Below, in pieces: positions 10,287-20,111 of a DNA stretch of 64,000 nucleotides. The notes under the pieces were generated by a model, which saw only the letters and a list, made by a program, of their open reading frames with translations, was not told the origin of the DNA and did no database searches. Source of the stretch: Longimicrobiales bacterium (lineage in GTDB: Bacteria; Gemmatimonadota; Gemmatimonadetes; Longimicrobiales; Gaopeijiaceae); the NCBI GenBank assembly GCA_965116905.1, contig OZ220732.1:3360001-3424000 (forward strand), read 5' to 3'. The translations under genes were made by a program, and so were the position numbers. The number at the start of each line of letters is the position of its first letter. Within the stretch, counting starts at the first letter, position 1.

Positions 10287-12932
10287 ATGTTCAAGGTTAC
10301 GGGGAGCCCATGGGCCCGCCCGCAGGGGCAACGAGAGCGGCGCGGCGGCGGGTCGGGAAGCCGCGCGCGGAGCCGAATGGCAGGTCTGCTGGGCGCCACC
10401 GCGGCGCTCTGGGCGGTTGCGGGCCCCGCGCTGGCCCAGGACGATTTCGGGAGCATGGTCGCCGTGTCGGAGGAGGTCGTGATCGTCGGGAAGCCGGGCT
10501 CGGCCCGGGGACCCGCGGCGTTGTACCGGTACGCGCGGTCGGCGGGAGGCGCGTGGATACTGGCCGGGACGATGTCGGTGGCGGCGGAGGCGGCCGCGGG
10601 ACGGCCGTGGTCGCCGTCGTTGCAGTGGCGGGACGGGCGGCTGGTGGTAGCGGCGGGGGATCCGGACGTGCGCTTCGGAGCCCACCTCTTCCGCGACGCC
10701 GGAGGTGGAGACTGGGCACATGAGACCAGCCTCGAGCTGTTGGATATGCCGACCCTCGAGGAATTGACGGACCCCGAACCGCAGACGGACACCGAACCGC
10801 AAACGGGCCCAGGAGCGCAGACGGGCCCCGGAGCGGCAGCCGTCGACTTCGCGGGGATCATGCGAATCCTGCAGCCCGCACCTCGGGCGGTGGCCGTGCA
10901 GGGGGACCGGGTGGCGGTGGCCGTGGGCCGCAACGGGGCGTCGTCGCCCGCGCTGCACATCTTCACCCGCCACCCTGAACGCGGATGGGAACCTCCGACC
11001 ATGATCCAGTTCCCGGCAACCCCGGTGGACGACCTGGGAACGGTGGTTCTGGACGGCGACGAACTGTTCGTGTCCTCCCGGAGTGTCGATGGCGGGGGGA
11101 CGGTGCACGTCCTGGCCCACGACGGGGACCAGTGGATCCCACGCACCCTGCTGCTCCCGGATTCCACGGACTCCGATGCAGGGTTCGGCGCGGCCATCGC
11201 CCGCGCGGGGGACAGGCTTGTGGTCGGCGCGCCCGGATCGGGTCAGGGTACGGGCGCGGTGTATGCGTACCGGCGGGCGATGGACGGAGGGTGGGAGAAG
11301 GACCAGACCCTTCATCCGCCGGATGCCGGGCGAACGGAGGCCGCGCCGGTCTCGGAGGCCGCCACTGACGCCGCAGCCACCGGGGCCGCCGCCACTGACG
11401 CCGCAACCGCCGCGCCCGCCGCCCAGGAGCGCCCCGTGCAGCCCCGGCGTTTCGGGAGCACGGTCGCGATCCTGGGCGACGAACTGTGGATCGGCGCACC
11501 AGGGGCCGCCGCCGGCGCAGGACGGGTGCACCGTTACGAGCTGCGCGATGGGGGCTGGCAGACCGCCGGGCCCGTGGAGAGCACGGCCGGCCCGGGAGCG
11601 GCGTTCGGGGCCGCGCTCGCCCTCGGCCCGACGGTTGCGGTGGTGGGCGCGCCCGGCACCGACGGGGGCTCGGGAGCCGCCCACGTCTTCACGCGGGAGC
11701 CGGGCGGCGAATGGCAGGCGGCGGGGGCGCGGCTTGTCCCCGACAACGGTCTCGAAGCCGTCACCGGCGGCGAGGTGCGCTGCTCCGACGGCGCGGCCGC
11801 GGGATTCGCCTGCGACGGCGTGGATCTCCTCGCATTCCTGCCCACGTCCGCCCTCGGCGGCACACCCGGCGAACGCGTCAGCGACGTCTGGGGGTGGACC
11901 GATCCCGTCACGGGACGTGAATACGCGCTCATCGGCCGCTCAGGAGGCGCGGCGATCGTCGACGTGACCTACGCGGCGGCCCCCCGGTACGTGGGCGTGG
12001 TCCCCGCCAATCCGAGCGGTGCGCGCGACCTGAAGGTCTACGCCGACCACCTCTTCTTCACCGGCGACGGCGCGGGCGACCACGGCCTCGTCGTCTTCGA
12101 CCTCACACGGCTCCGCGACGCCGGCCCGGATCCGGTCGAATTCTCCCCGGACGCCATCTACCGCGGCATCGCGAGCGCCCACAACCTCGTGCTCGACCCG
12201 GAGAGCGGCTTCGCGTTCCCGGTCGGGGCCAGCGGCGGCGGCCAGACGTGCGGGGGCGGCCTCCACATGGTCGACGTGCGAGACCCGAAGTCCCCCGTCT
12301 TCGCCGGCTGCTTCACCGACACCGAGGGGCTGATCTACCCGGGTCGCACCCACGACGCCCAGTGCGTGGTCTACCGCGGGCCGGACGACCGCTTCCAGGG
12401 CCGGGAGCTATGCTTCGCGTCCAACGAGACCGCGCTCCGGATCATCGACGTGACCGACAAGCAGGCCCCGGCGCCGATCGGCACGGCCACCTATCCCGGG
12501 CTGGCCTACGTGCACCAGGGCTGGCTCACCGACGACCAGCGCTACTACTACCTGGACGATGAGCTGGACGAACTGGTCGGCACGGCACCCGCCACGCGGA
12601 CCTTCATTTTCGATGTGGCGGAGCTGGACGACCCCATCCTGGTGGGAAGCGTCGACGGTCCCACCGGGGCCACGGACCACAACCTGTACGTCAAGGGGGA
12701 CCGGATGTACCAGGCCAACTACCAGGCCGGCTTCCGTCTCTTCGACATCAGCGACCCCGAGGCGCCGGTCGAGATCGGCTGGTTCGACACCACGCCGTAC
12801 GAAGGGGATCCGCCCGGGTTCGTGGGCGCGTGGACCGCCTATCCGTTCTTCGAGAGCGGGACGGTGGTGGTCACCAGCATGTACGAGGGTGTGTTCCTGC
12901 TGAGGCCCGGGCCGAGACCGCTGATTCCGTAG
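10287..12932 (+). CDS. Choice-of-anchor B family secreted protein with FG-GAP-like propeller repeats
   Basis: Signal-like ALWAVAGPALAQ, repeated FG..VA...L.VGAPG units, C-terminal DVWGWTD/AHN/HDAQC/HQGW/DHNLYV/GAWTAYPFF motifs. Confidence 0.8.
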   Translation: MFKVTGSPWARPQGQRERRGGGSGSRARSRMAGLLGATAALWAVAGPALAQDDFGSMVAVSEEVVIVGKPGSARGPAALYRYARSAGGAWILAGTMSVAAEAAAGRPWSPSLQWRDGRLVVAAGDPDVRFGAHLFRDAGGGDWAHETSLELLDMPTLEELTDPEPQTDTEPQTGPGAQTGPGAAAVDFAGIMRILQPAPRAVAVQGDRVAVAVGRNGASSPALHIFTRHPERGWEPPTMIQFPATPVDDLGTVVLDGDELFVSSRSVDGGGTVHVLAHDGDQWIPRTLLLPDSTDSDAGFGAAIARAGDRLVVGAPGSGQGTGAVYAYRRAMDGGWEKDQTLHPPDAGRTEAAPVSEAATDAAATGAAATDAATAAPAAQERPVQPRRFGSTVAILGDELWIGAPGAAAGAGRVHRYELRDGGWQTAGPVESTAGPGAAFGAALALGPTVAVVGAPGTDGGSGAAHVFTREPGGEWQAAGARLVPDNGLEAVTGGEVRCSDGAAAGFACDGVDLLAFLPTSALGGTPGERVSDVWGWTDPVTGREYALIGRSGGAAIVDVTYAAAPRYVGVVPANPSGARDLKVYADHLFFTGDGAGDHGLVVFDLTRLRDAGPDPVEFSPDAIYRGIASAHNLVLDPESGFAFPVGASGGGQTCGGGLHMVDVRDPKSPVFAGCFTDTEGLIYPGRTHDAQCVVYRGPDDRFQGRELCFASNETALRIIDVTDKQAPAPIGTATYPGLAYVHQGWLTDDQRYYYLDDELDELVGTAPATRTFIFDVAELDDPILVGSVDGPTGATDHNLYVKGDRMYQANYQAGFRLFDISDPEAPVEIGWFDTTPYEGDPPGFVGAWTAYPFFESGTVVVTSMYEGVFLLRPGPRPLIP

Positions 12933-12970
12933 GCCCACGGGCACGCGCTCCCGCGGGCACGCACTTATAG

Positions 12971-13042
<72 letters not shown>

Positions 13043-13154
13043 GACAGCAAAGGGGCGTCCGGCACCGGCCGTCGCCCCCTCCGGCGATTCGGCTGTCAAA
13101 GCTGCCCGCCCGCATCCGTGGCGAGGCATCCCTGCACCCGACTGCCGTCGTCAG

Positions 13155-13227
<73 letters not shown>

Positions 13228-13275
13228 GATTGAACCACTCCGCGCCGCATCGATGCCCGCGAAGCGGGGGAATAA

Positions 13276-13304
13276 ACCCTAGGCGCGCCACGTTGCGGTG
13301 TCAA
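13276..13304 (-). promoter_or_regulatory. Sigma70 promoter for tRNA-Gly/tRNA-Cys
   Basis: TTGACA-17 nt-TAGGGT. Confidence 0.65.
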
Positions 13305-13466
13305 GCGTCGGAGCGGCCCCGGAACGAGGCCATCGTCCCCGCCTGTGACGGCCCGCCGCGGCTCTCCACGCGTTCGCCCGGCGGGCGGGCCGCATTATCT
13401 TGTCTTCGCGATCCCGTTCGCGGCGTCAGCGCCCGGTCCCCGGGCCCACGACCACCCGGAAAAGCC

Positions 13467-15110
13467 GTGCACCGAACCTCGACCTTCATCTCGAAACTCC
13501 TTTGCGCGCTCTGCGTCTGCGCACCCGTCGCCGCCGCCGCGCAGGAACCGTATTCACCGCTGGTGCCCCGCGGCATGGTGCGCCTGGGCCTGCGCGGGGA
13601 CTACGTTTCCTTCTCCTCGCGCTTCGGCATGTGGGGGACCGGCTCGGCCGGACTGGAGCAGCTGAGCGACGCCTTTTCCGGCCCGGCCAACGAAAACGTC
13701 TTCCCCCAGCTGGCACCGTTCTCGACGGCGCTGAGAAACGCCGCGGGCGAACCGTTCGCCGTGAGTCTCGGGGCGCTGGATGCCGTGATGGAGAAAGCGA
13801 CCGTGCGCGTGCCGGTGTCCCTCGACGTGGGGGTTTTCGACTGGCTGACCGTGGGGGCGGAGGTCCCGCTCGTCCGGAGCGACACCGAGTTCTCCCTGAC
13901 CTTCGCCGCCGACTCGGCGAATGCCGACGCCGGCTTCAGTCCCGGGATGGCCGATCCCGGCGTGGTGAACGGCTTCCTTTCCCGTCTGCAGAACTCGATC
14001 ACGGCGTACGACGCATTTCGGGCGGCCACCTGCGGCACCGATCCCACCTCGCCCGAGTGCCGCGACGCGACAGATCTGGTCGCCGACGCGCGGATCTTCC
14101 GCAATTCGCTCGCGACGATGTACGGCACGATGTTCGCGCCCGTGGGCTGGTCACCCGCCGGCATGGCCCTGCAGGCCCGGCTGGCGGCACTGGCGGAAGC
14201 ATTTCAGGCCGCAGGCGTTGCGGGAACCCCCGCCTCCGTCCCCCTGGCCGCGGGCGCCCTGACCTTCGAGGAGTTGCTGGGTCTGGTCATGGACCCCGCG
14301 TACGGCATCGCGGCCAGCCATCCGTTCGAGAACTGGCAGTCCCTCTGGGCGCTCGGGGACATCGAAGCGCGGGTGGACGCGCGCCTCCTGGAGTCGGGCG
14401 ATCCGGAAGGGCCGACCCACGTCTTCGCCGGCGCGGGCGCGCTCGTCCGCCTCCCCACGGGACAGCAGGACGACCCGGCCAACTTCATCGACATCGGCAG
14501 CGGGGACGCACAGATGGACATCGAAGCCCGGGCCTGGATGAACGGCCGCTGGCGAAGGGTGGGACTGTGGGCCGACCTCCGCTACGGCGTGCAGATGACG
14601 GGGACCACGGAGCGCCGCGCCTTCGACCCCAACGTCACCTTCGCTCCGATGGCGTCGCAGGTTCAACTCGACTGGAATCCGGGCGATTACCAGTTCCTGG
14701 AGCTCTCGCCGTGGTATCAGGTGGCGCCCACGCTCCGGCTGATGACCGGATACCGCTACTTCCGCAAGGGGATGGACGCGTTCACGATCCGCACGGCCCC
14801 GCCGCCGGACACCGTGCCGCCCGCAGGCGCCGCGGCTTTCGCCCTCGCAACAGCGGACGCGGCAGACGCGAGGCTGTCGGCGGTTCCCGACCCCGAAGCG
14901 CTGGTGCCCGAGAGCGGGGCGTCGTCCGGCCGGGTGATGCTCGGGCTCGTCTACAACCGGGATGTCGCCGTGCGCGACGGGGTGGCCGGCCGACCCCTCG
15001 AGATCCGCGCGGTGTACCGCCACGTGGTCGGAGGCAGCGGCGGGGACGTGCCGAACGCGCGTTCGTTCGAGGCCGGGTTCAGGTTCTTCGTGGGGTTGTG
15101 GGGGGGTTAG
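13467..15110 (+). CDS. Secreted hypothetical protein, likely outer-membrane beta-barrel-like
   Basis: Signal peptide LLCALCVCAPVAAAAQ, alternating beta-strand segments, C-terminal FEAGFRFFVGLW. Confidence 0.65.
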   Translation: MHRTSTFISKLLCALCVCAPVAAAAQEPYSPLVPRGMVRLGLRGDYVSFSSRFGMWGTGSAGLEQLSDAFSGPANENVFPQLAPFSTALRNAAGEPFAVSLGALDAVMEKATVRVPVSLDVGVFDWLTVGAEVPLVRSDTEFSLTFAADSANADAGFSPGMADPGVVNGFLSRLQNSITAYDAFRAATCGTDPTSPECRDATDLVADARIFRNSLATMYGTMFAPVGWSPAGMALQARLAALAEAFQAAGVAGTPASVPLAAGALTFEELLGLVMDPAYGIAASHPFENWQSLWALGDIEARVDARLLESGDPEGPTHVFAGAGALVRLPTGQQDDPANFIDIGSGDAQMDIEARAWMNGRWRRVGLWADLRYGVQMTGTTERRAFDPNVTFAPMASQVQLDWNPGDYQFLELSPWYQVAPTLRLMTGYRYFRKGMDAFTIRTAPPPDTVPPAGAAAFALATADAADARLSAVPDPEALVPESGASSGRVMLGLVYNRDVAVRDGVAGRPLEIRAVYRHVVGGSGGDVPNARSFEAGFRFFVGLWGG

Positions 15111-15150
15111 GGTCTACGCGGGCACGGCGGGCAGGTCTAGCTCGGGCCCT

Positions 15151-16233
15151 TCATCGTGCGACGAGTTCGGTCTCTGCGATCACCAGGGCTGCTGGTCCGT
15201 CATTGAGCCCTTCCATGACCAGCCGGTCACCGTCGAAGAAACTGGCTCCGGTCCGCGGAATCCAGGCCCATTGGCTGCCCTCCGGTCTCCTCACCGGAAT
15301 CGCGCGCAGAGTGTTAAGGTCCAGGACGAAGCCAAGGGTGTCAACATAGGTGATCCGCACGAAAAGCCGGCCGTCCTCCAACACCTGTAGCGAGAGCGCC
15401 AACTGGGATCCGAGGACTCTTGCCGCTCCTCCCATCGCCTCAATCCGGTTGGCGTCACGCTCCAGCAGCGACGTGCGCATGGGCTCGGGCAGATAGGCCA
15501 ATCCCACCAGATCTCCGACACTGTCATAGCTGGCAAGAACCAGTTGGCTGCCATCCAGGACGTGCACTCGGCCATCGGGTGTTGTCGCCACCAGGTCGAT
15601 AGGTAGCTGGAACACATCCGGTTCGCCCCGGAACCCCACGGGTACCTCGGCAAAGGCCGTCTGCCCAGACTCGGTCACGCGACCCAGGTAATGGTCGGAG
15701 AACTCCATCCCCACGACGAGAAGGCCGAGTTCGGGATGCACCGCTGCATCGCTCAAGTAACCCCCCAACTGGTGCATGCGGACAAAATCACCGCGGGAAG
15801 TCAGGTAGGTCACGCGCGCGTGGATTTGGTCCACTACGGCAATCTGGTCCCCATTCCTGATCAGCACCCCCGGCAACTGGTATTCGCCTGGGCCCTCGCC
15901 GTGCCTTCCCACCGTTCGCACGGGGTTCAAATTCCTGTCCATGAAGACCAGCCGCTGATTCAGGCCATCGGCGGCGACGTACCCTCCGTCGGCATTCTCC
16001 ACCACGGCCGTGACAGAGCCGAACAGCGCCCGCTCGTCATCGATGTCCAACTGTGCGATCAAGCCGCGAATGGCGTACGCGGAGTCGCTCTCCGTGAAGA
16101 CCGCGATGTCGGCGACGGAATCGGAAGACGGGGCATTGCACGCCGCCAGCACCAGGAACGGGAATCCAGCGGCGACCAGCCTTCCAGCATGCCCGCGGGA
16201 CCAATCTCGGCGTCTCGTCACGCTCTCGGCCAT
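15151..16233 (-). CDS. 6-bladed beta-propeller (NHL/TolB-like) lipoprotein, paralog 1
   Basis: Lipobox LAAC, GRHGEGPGEY motif, close paralog of the adjacent gene. Confidence 0.8.
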   Translation of the reverse strand: MAESVTRRRDWSRGHAGRLVAAGFPFLVLAACNAPSSDSVADIAVFTESDSAYAIRGLIAQLDIDDERALFGSVTAVVENADGGYVAADGLNQRLVFMDRNLNPVRTVGRHGEGPGEYQLPGVLIRNGDQIAVVDQIHARVTYLTSRGDFVRMHQLGGYLSDAAVHPELGLLVVGMEFSDHYLGRVTESGQTAFAEVPVGFRGEPDVFQLPIDLVATTPDGRVHVLDGSQLVLASYDSVGDLVGLAYLPEPMRTSLLERDANRIEAMGGAARVLGSQLALSLQVLEDGRLFVRITYVDTLGFVLDLNTLRAIPVRRPEGSQWAWIPRTGASFFDGDRLVMEGLNDGPAALVIAETELVAR

Positions 16234-16261
16234 GTGCACCTGCCCGGATACGCGCGGGGTT

Positions 16262-17326
16262 TCATCTTGCAACGAGCTCGGTCTCTGCGATCACCAGGGC
16301 GGCTGGTCCGTCCTCCAGCCCTTCCACGACCAGTCGTTTGCCGTCAAAGAGGCTGATCGCGGTCCGCCGCAACCAACGCCATTCCGGACCCTCCGGCACC
16401 CTCACCGGCGTCGCGCGTAGGGAGTCGGGGTCCAGGACGAAACCCATGGCGTCCAGATAGGTGATCCGCAAGAAGAGTCGGCGGTCCCCCAACGCATGAA
16501 GCGCGGTCCCCAATTCCGACCCCAGGACCACCGTCGGTCCGCCCAATGCCTCCGTCGTTTCAGCGTCCCGCTCCAGCAAATGCACGCGCATTTCCTGTGG
16601 CAGGTACGCCACGCCCAGCAGATGTCCAGCACTGTCATAGCTGACCAATGCCAGGTGACGGCCGTCAAACACGTGAATCTTGCCGTCTGGCGTTCCCTCC
16701 ACGAGATCGTTGGGCAGTTGAAAGACAGCGGGGTCAGCGCGGAACTCGACCGGCTTCGCAGCGAAGGGAGTCTGTTCCGATCCGATCACGCGGCTCAGGT
16801 AGTGGCCGGAGAACTCCATCCCCGCGACCAGGAGTCCGAGCTCGGGATGAATGGCCATATCCCGGATGAACCCTCCAATTTGTTGCATGCTTACGAACTC
16901 GCCGCTGGCAGTGAGGTGGGTTACGCGCGCGTGTCCTTCGTCCAGCACTACGATCTCATCCTCATCGCGCACCATCACCCTCGGAAACTGGTATTCGCCG
17001 GGGCCCTCACCGTGCCTTCCCACTGTTCGCACAGGGTTGAGGCTGCGGTCCATGAAGACCAGCCTCTGGTTCAAGCCGTCGGCGGCAACGTACCCTCCGT
17101 CGGCGTTCTCCACCACGGCGGCGACAGAACCGAACATCGCCCGCTCGTCATTGATGTCCAACTGTGCGATCAGGCCCCGAATGACGTAAGCGGAATCGCT
17201 CTCGGTGAAGCGGGCAAACGCGCTATCGGGAGCCTCAGACGTCGCATCGCACGACGTCAGGAACGGGAGTCCCGCGGTAACAAGCAGGACTCCCGTCCGG
17301 ACACCCGCCCAAGCCCAGCGATCCAT
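16262..17326 (-). CDS. 6-bladed beta-propeller (NHL/TolB-like) lipoprotein, paralog 2
   Basis: Lipobox-like LTSC, GRHGEGPGEY motif, C-terminus DGPAALVIAETELVAR identical to paralog 1. Confidence 0.8.
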   Translation of the reverse strand: MDRWAWAGVRTGVLLVTAGLPFLTSCDATSEAPDSAFARFTESDSAYVIRGLIAQLDINDERAMFGSVAAVVENADGGYVAADGLNQRLVFMDRSLNPVRTVGRHGEGPGEYQFPRVMVRDEDEIVVLDEGHARVTHLTASGEFVSMQQIGGFIRDMAIHPELGLLVAGMEFSGHYLSRVIGSEQTPFAAKPVEFRADPAVFQLPNDLVEGTPDGKIHVFDGRHLALVSYDSAGHLLGVAYLPQEMRVHLLERDAETTEALGGPTVVLGSELGTALHALGDRRLFLRITYLDAMGFVLDPDSLRATPVRVPEGPEWRWLRRTAISLFDGKRLVVEGLEDGPAALVIAETELVAR

Positions 17327-17354
17327 CAGGACGTTTGGCAATGCGGCGATCCCA

Positions 17355-19022
17355 CTATACCGCCCCTCCCAACAGCTCTCGCGCGTGCTCCAGTGACGGA
17401 CCCGACTCCGGGTCCCCACCCAGCATCCGGGCGATCTCCCCGACTCTTTCCTCCCGGGTGCCCACACGCCGCAAGACGCTGACCGCCGCACCATCCACCG
17501 CACGCTTCTCGACCACAAGATGGTTGGACGCGCGCGCCGCGACCCGCGCGAGATGAGTGACCACGAGCACCTGCCGTCCGCGGGCCACGGCTGCGAGCCG
17601 GTCCGCCACCCTGGCAGCGACGCCGCCTCCGACGCCGGCATCCACTTCGTCGAACACCAGGGTGGGAAGATCGTCGATGCCGGCCAGCACGGAGTTGAGC
17701 GCGAGCATGACGCGGGACATCTCGCCGCCGGAAGCGATCTGCGAGAGAGGGGCCGGCGGAAACCCGGGGTTCATCGTGGCCATGAAGCGAACGCGTTCCA
17801 GTCCGCCGGGCGACGGCCCGGCCCGGTCCTCGAAGTGCACCTCCAGGCGCCCGCCCTCCAGCCCGAGTCCGGGGAAGACGGCCTCCGCCTCGGCCGAAAA
17901 CCGGGCGGCCGCTTCCCGCCGCCGCTGCGACAGTTCTTCCGCACGGGCTCGCCAGGCGGCATCGGCCCGGTCCAGCTCGGCCCGCAGGGCGCCGGCGTCC
18001 ATGTCGGCGGTCTCGAGTTCGTCCAGTTCGCGGCGCAGGGTCTCGCCACGCTCGATGACCACGGCCAGCGAGGGGCCGTACTTGCGCTCGAGCCGCTGGA
18101 TCAGGGCCTGCCGCTCGCGAACGGACTCGAGCCGGGCCGGGTCGTGGTCGATGCCCGCCGCGTAGTCCCCAAGCGCGCCGGCCGCATCCGCCACCTGGTG
18201 ATACGCGTCGTCGAGCGCCGCCGCGCTGGCCCCGAGCGCCGGGTCCATCTCGCTCAGGCGCCGCACACGGGCCGCCGAATCCGCGAGCCGGTCCGCGACG
18301 GCGTCCTCGCCCGCGTGGAGAAGCTCGTGCAGCGCGTGACCCTCCCGCGCGAGCGTGTCGGCGTGCGCGAGCCGGTTCGCCTCGATGCGCAGTTCCTCGT
18401 CCTCGCCCGCGTGGAGCTTCGCGCCGACGATCTCGCCGAGCTGGAAGCGGATGAAGTCGGCGCGGGTCTCCAGCTCCCCGCGCCGCTCCTCCAGCGATGC
18501 CAGCCGACTCCCGAGTTCCGCCGCCCGACGGTAGCCGTCCGCAACCTCCACGGCCAACTCGGCGCACCCTCCGAAGGCGTCCAGCACCTGCCGCTGGAAG
18601 CCCGGCGACAGGAGCCGCTGATGCTCGTGCTGCCCGTGGATGTCGACCAGCAGCGACCCGATGCGGCGCAGCATTCCGGCGGTCGCGGGCGAGCCGTTCA
18701 CCCAGCCCCGGCTTCGGCCCTCGGCGCGAACCTCGCGGCGCAGCACCAGGTGGTCGTCGTCACACTCCAGGCCCAATTCGGCCAGCAGTTCCGTGACGGC
18801 GTCGAGGTCGCCGACGTCCACCACGCCCTCGACGAGCGCGCGGGCTTCCCCGGCGCGCACCATTCCCGACGAGGCGCGGCCACCCAGCAGAACCTCCAAA
18901 GCGTCCACCACGATGGACTTGCCGGCCCCGGTTTCCCCCGAAAGCACATTCAGTCCTGGTTCAAGAGAAACACGCAAGTCCCTGAGGACAGCGACGTTGC
19001 TTATTCTGAGTTCAATGAACAT
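17355..19022 (-). CDS. recN: DNA repair protein RecN
   Basis: SGETGAGKS Walker A, DIHGQHEHQ, ASGGEMSRVML, FDEVDAG, VTHL. Confidence 0.96.
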   Translation of the reverse strand: MFIELRISNVAVLRDLRVSLEPGLNVLSGETGAGKSIVVDALEVLLGGRASSGMVRAGEARALVEGVVDVGDLDAVTELLAELGLECDDDHLVLRREVRAEGRSRGWVNGSPATAGMLRRIGSLLVDIHGQHEHQRLLSPGFQRQVLDAFGGCAELAVEVADGYRRAAELGSRLASLEERRGELETRADFIRFQLGEIVGAKLHAGEDEELRIEANRLAHADTLAREGHALHELLHAGEDAVADRLADSAARVRRLSEMDPALGASAAALDDAYHQVADAAGALGDYAAGIDHDPARLESVRERQALIQRLERKYGPSLAVVIERGETLRRELDELETADMDAGALRAELDRADAAWRARAEELSQRRREAAARFSAEAEAVFPGLGLEGGRLEVHFEDRAGPSPGGLERVRFMATMNPGFPPAPLSQIASGGEMSRVMLALNSVLAGIDDLPTLVFDEVDAGVGGGVAARVADRLAAVARGRQVLVVTHLARVAARASNHLVVEKRAVDGAAVSVLRRVGTREERVGEIARMLGGDPESGPSLEHARELLGGAV

Positions 19023-19064
19023 GGACCTTCACGTTGGCGCCTGCGGACGGGCGCCGCCATAGTC

Positions 19065-19148
19065 GCATGGGCGCCCCAGGAAGCGGCATGGACGCCACCA
19101 GCAGCGGCATGGACGCCACAGGCTGCGGCATCGGCGCCCCCACGGCGG
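19065..19148. repeat. Intergenic 21-bp tandem repeat, 4 degenerate copies
   Basis: gcatgggcgccccaggaagcg / gcatggacgccaccagcagcg / gcatggacgccacaggctgcg / gcatcggcgcccccacggcgg. Confidence 0.75.
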
Positions 19149-19169
19149 CGCGGTGCCCCGCGTGCCCCT

Positions 19170-20111
19170 TCACCCGCCGTCGATCGGCCGGACGGCCCAA
19201 CTCAGCTTCTGCCGCAACGTGGTGAAGAAGGAGTGGCCGGGCAGCCGGACGAGCGGCACCCGTGACGCCCCCATGCGCACCACCACGCGGTCGCTGTATC
19301 CGACCGGCCCGCCCTCCTGGCCGTCCACGGTCAGGAAGAGGGGTTCGCGGCGGTCCAGAGCCGTGACGGTGATCTCCTCGTCGCCGGGCACGACCAGGGG
19401 CCGGACCGCGAGGGTATGGGGAAGGATGGGCGTGACCAGGAAGCAGTTCAATTCGGGCACGATGATGGGGCCACCGGCAGAAAGCGAATACGCGGTAGAC
19501 CCGGTCGGGGTGGCCAGAATGACGCCGTCCCCGGAGAAGCTGCCGATCTCCTCCGGATCGTCCTCCGGTCCCACCCACAGGTCGAGACGGATGACCTGGG
19601 CGGCTCCCGCCTTGTGAACCACCACGTCGTTCAGAACGGTGAACCTGGCCCGGGCCATCCCTTCAGGGGACCGCACCTCTGCCTCGAGCGTCCGTCGCTC
19701 TTCGATCGAGTACTCGCCACCCAGCACCCGCCGGAGACCCTCTTCGATCGCCTGGCCGGACACCGAGGTCAGGAACCCCATGCTCCCCATGTTGATTCCC
19801 AGTACGGGGATCCCGCGGCCGAACACGGACCGCGCGGCGCGCAGCAGCGTGCCGTCGCCGCCGAGCGAGATGACCAGGTCGACGGGGTGGTCCGCGTCGG
19901 GGTCGTGCCGCTCCGCGGATACGACAAAATCGGACATACTTGCGACAATTTCGGCGGATTGCGCCACCGGTGACCCCAGATCCGGCTCCAACGACGCCGA
20001 AGCGCCGAATTCACCCGCAACCCGCGCGACCTGCTGGTACGCGTCGCGGATGCCGGGATCCGCGCCGTCCCTGCCCAGAACCGCGATATGCCGGAATGCC
20101 AAGGTCGTCAC
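19170..20111 (-). CDS. nadK: NAD(+) kinase
   Basis: LGGDGTLL, LND, GDGVILATPTGSTAYSLSAGGPI. GTG overlaps the ispA stop. Confidence 0.94.
   Translation of the reverse strand: MTTLAFRHIAVLGRDGADPGIRDAYQQVARVAGEFGASASLEPDLGSPVAQSAEIVASMSDFVVSAERHDPDADHPVDLVISLGGDGTLLRAARSVFGRGIPVLGINMGSMGFLTSVSGQAIEEGLRRVLGGEYSIEERRTLEAEVRSPEGMARARFTVLNDVVVHKAGAAQVIRLDLWVGPEDDPEEIGSFSGDGVILATPTGSTAYSLSAGGPIIVPELNCFLVTPILPHTLAVRPLVVPGDEEITVTALDRREPLFLTVDGQEGGPVGYSDRVVVRMGASRVPLVRLPGHSFFTTLRQKLSWAVRPIDGG

Noticed and set aside
19065..19148. CRISPR-like array
   Set aside because: The 21-bp units are contiguous and degenerate, with no unique spacers and no cas genes.
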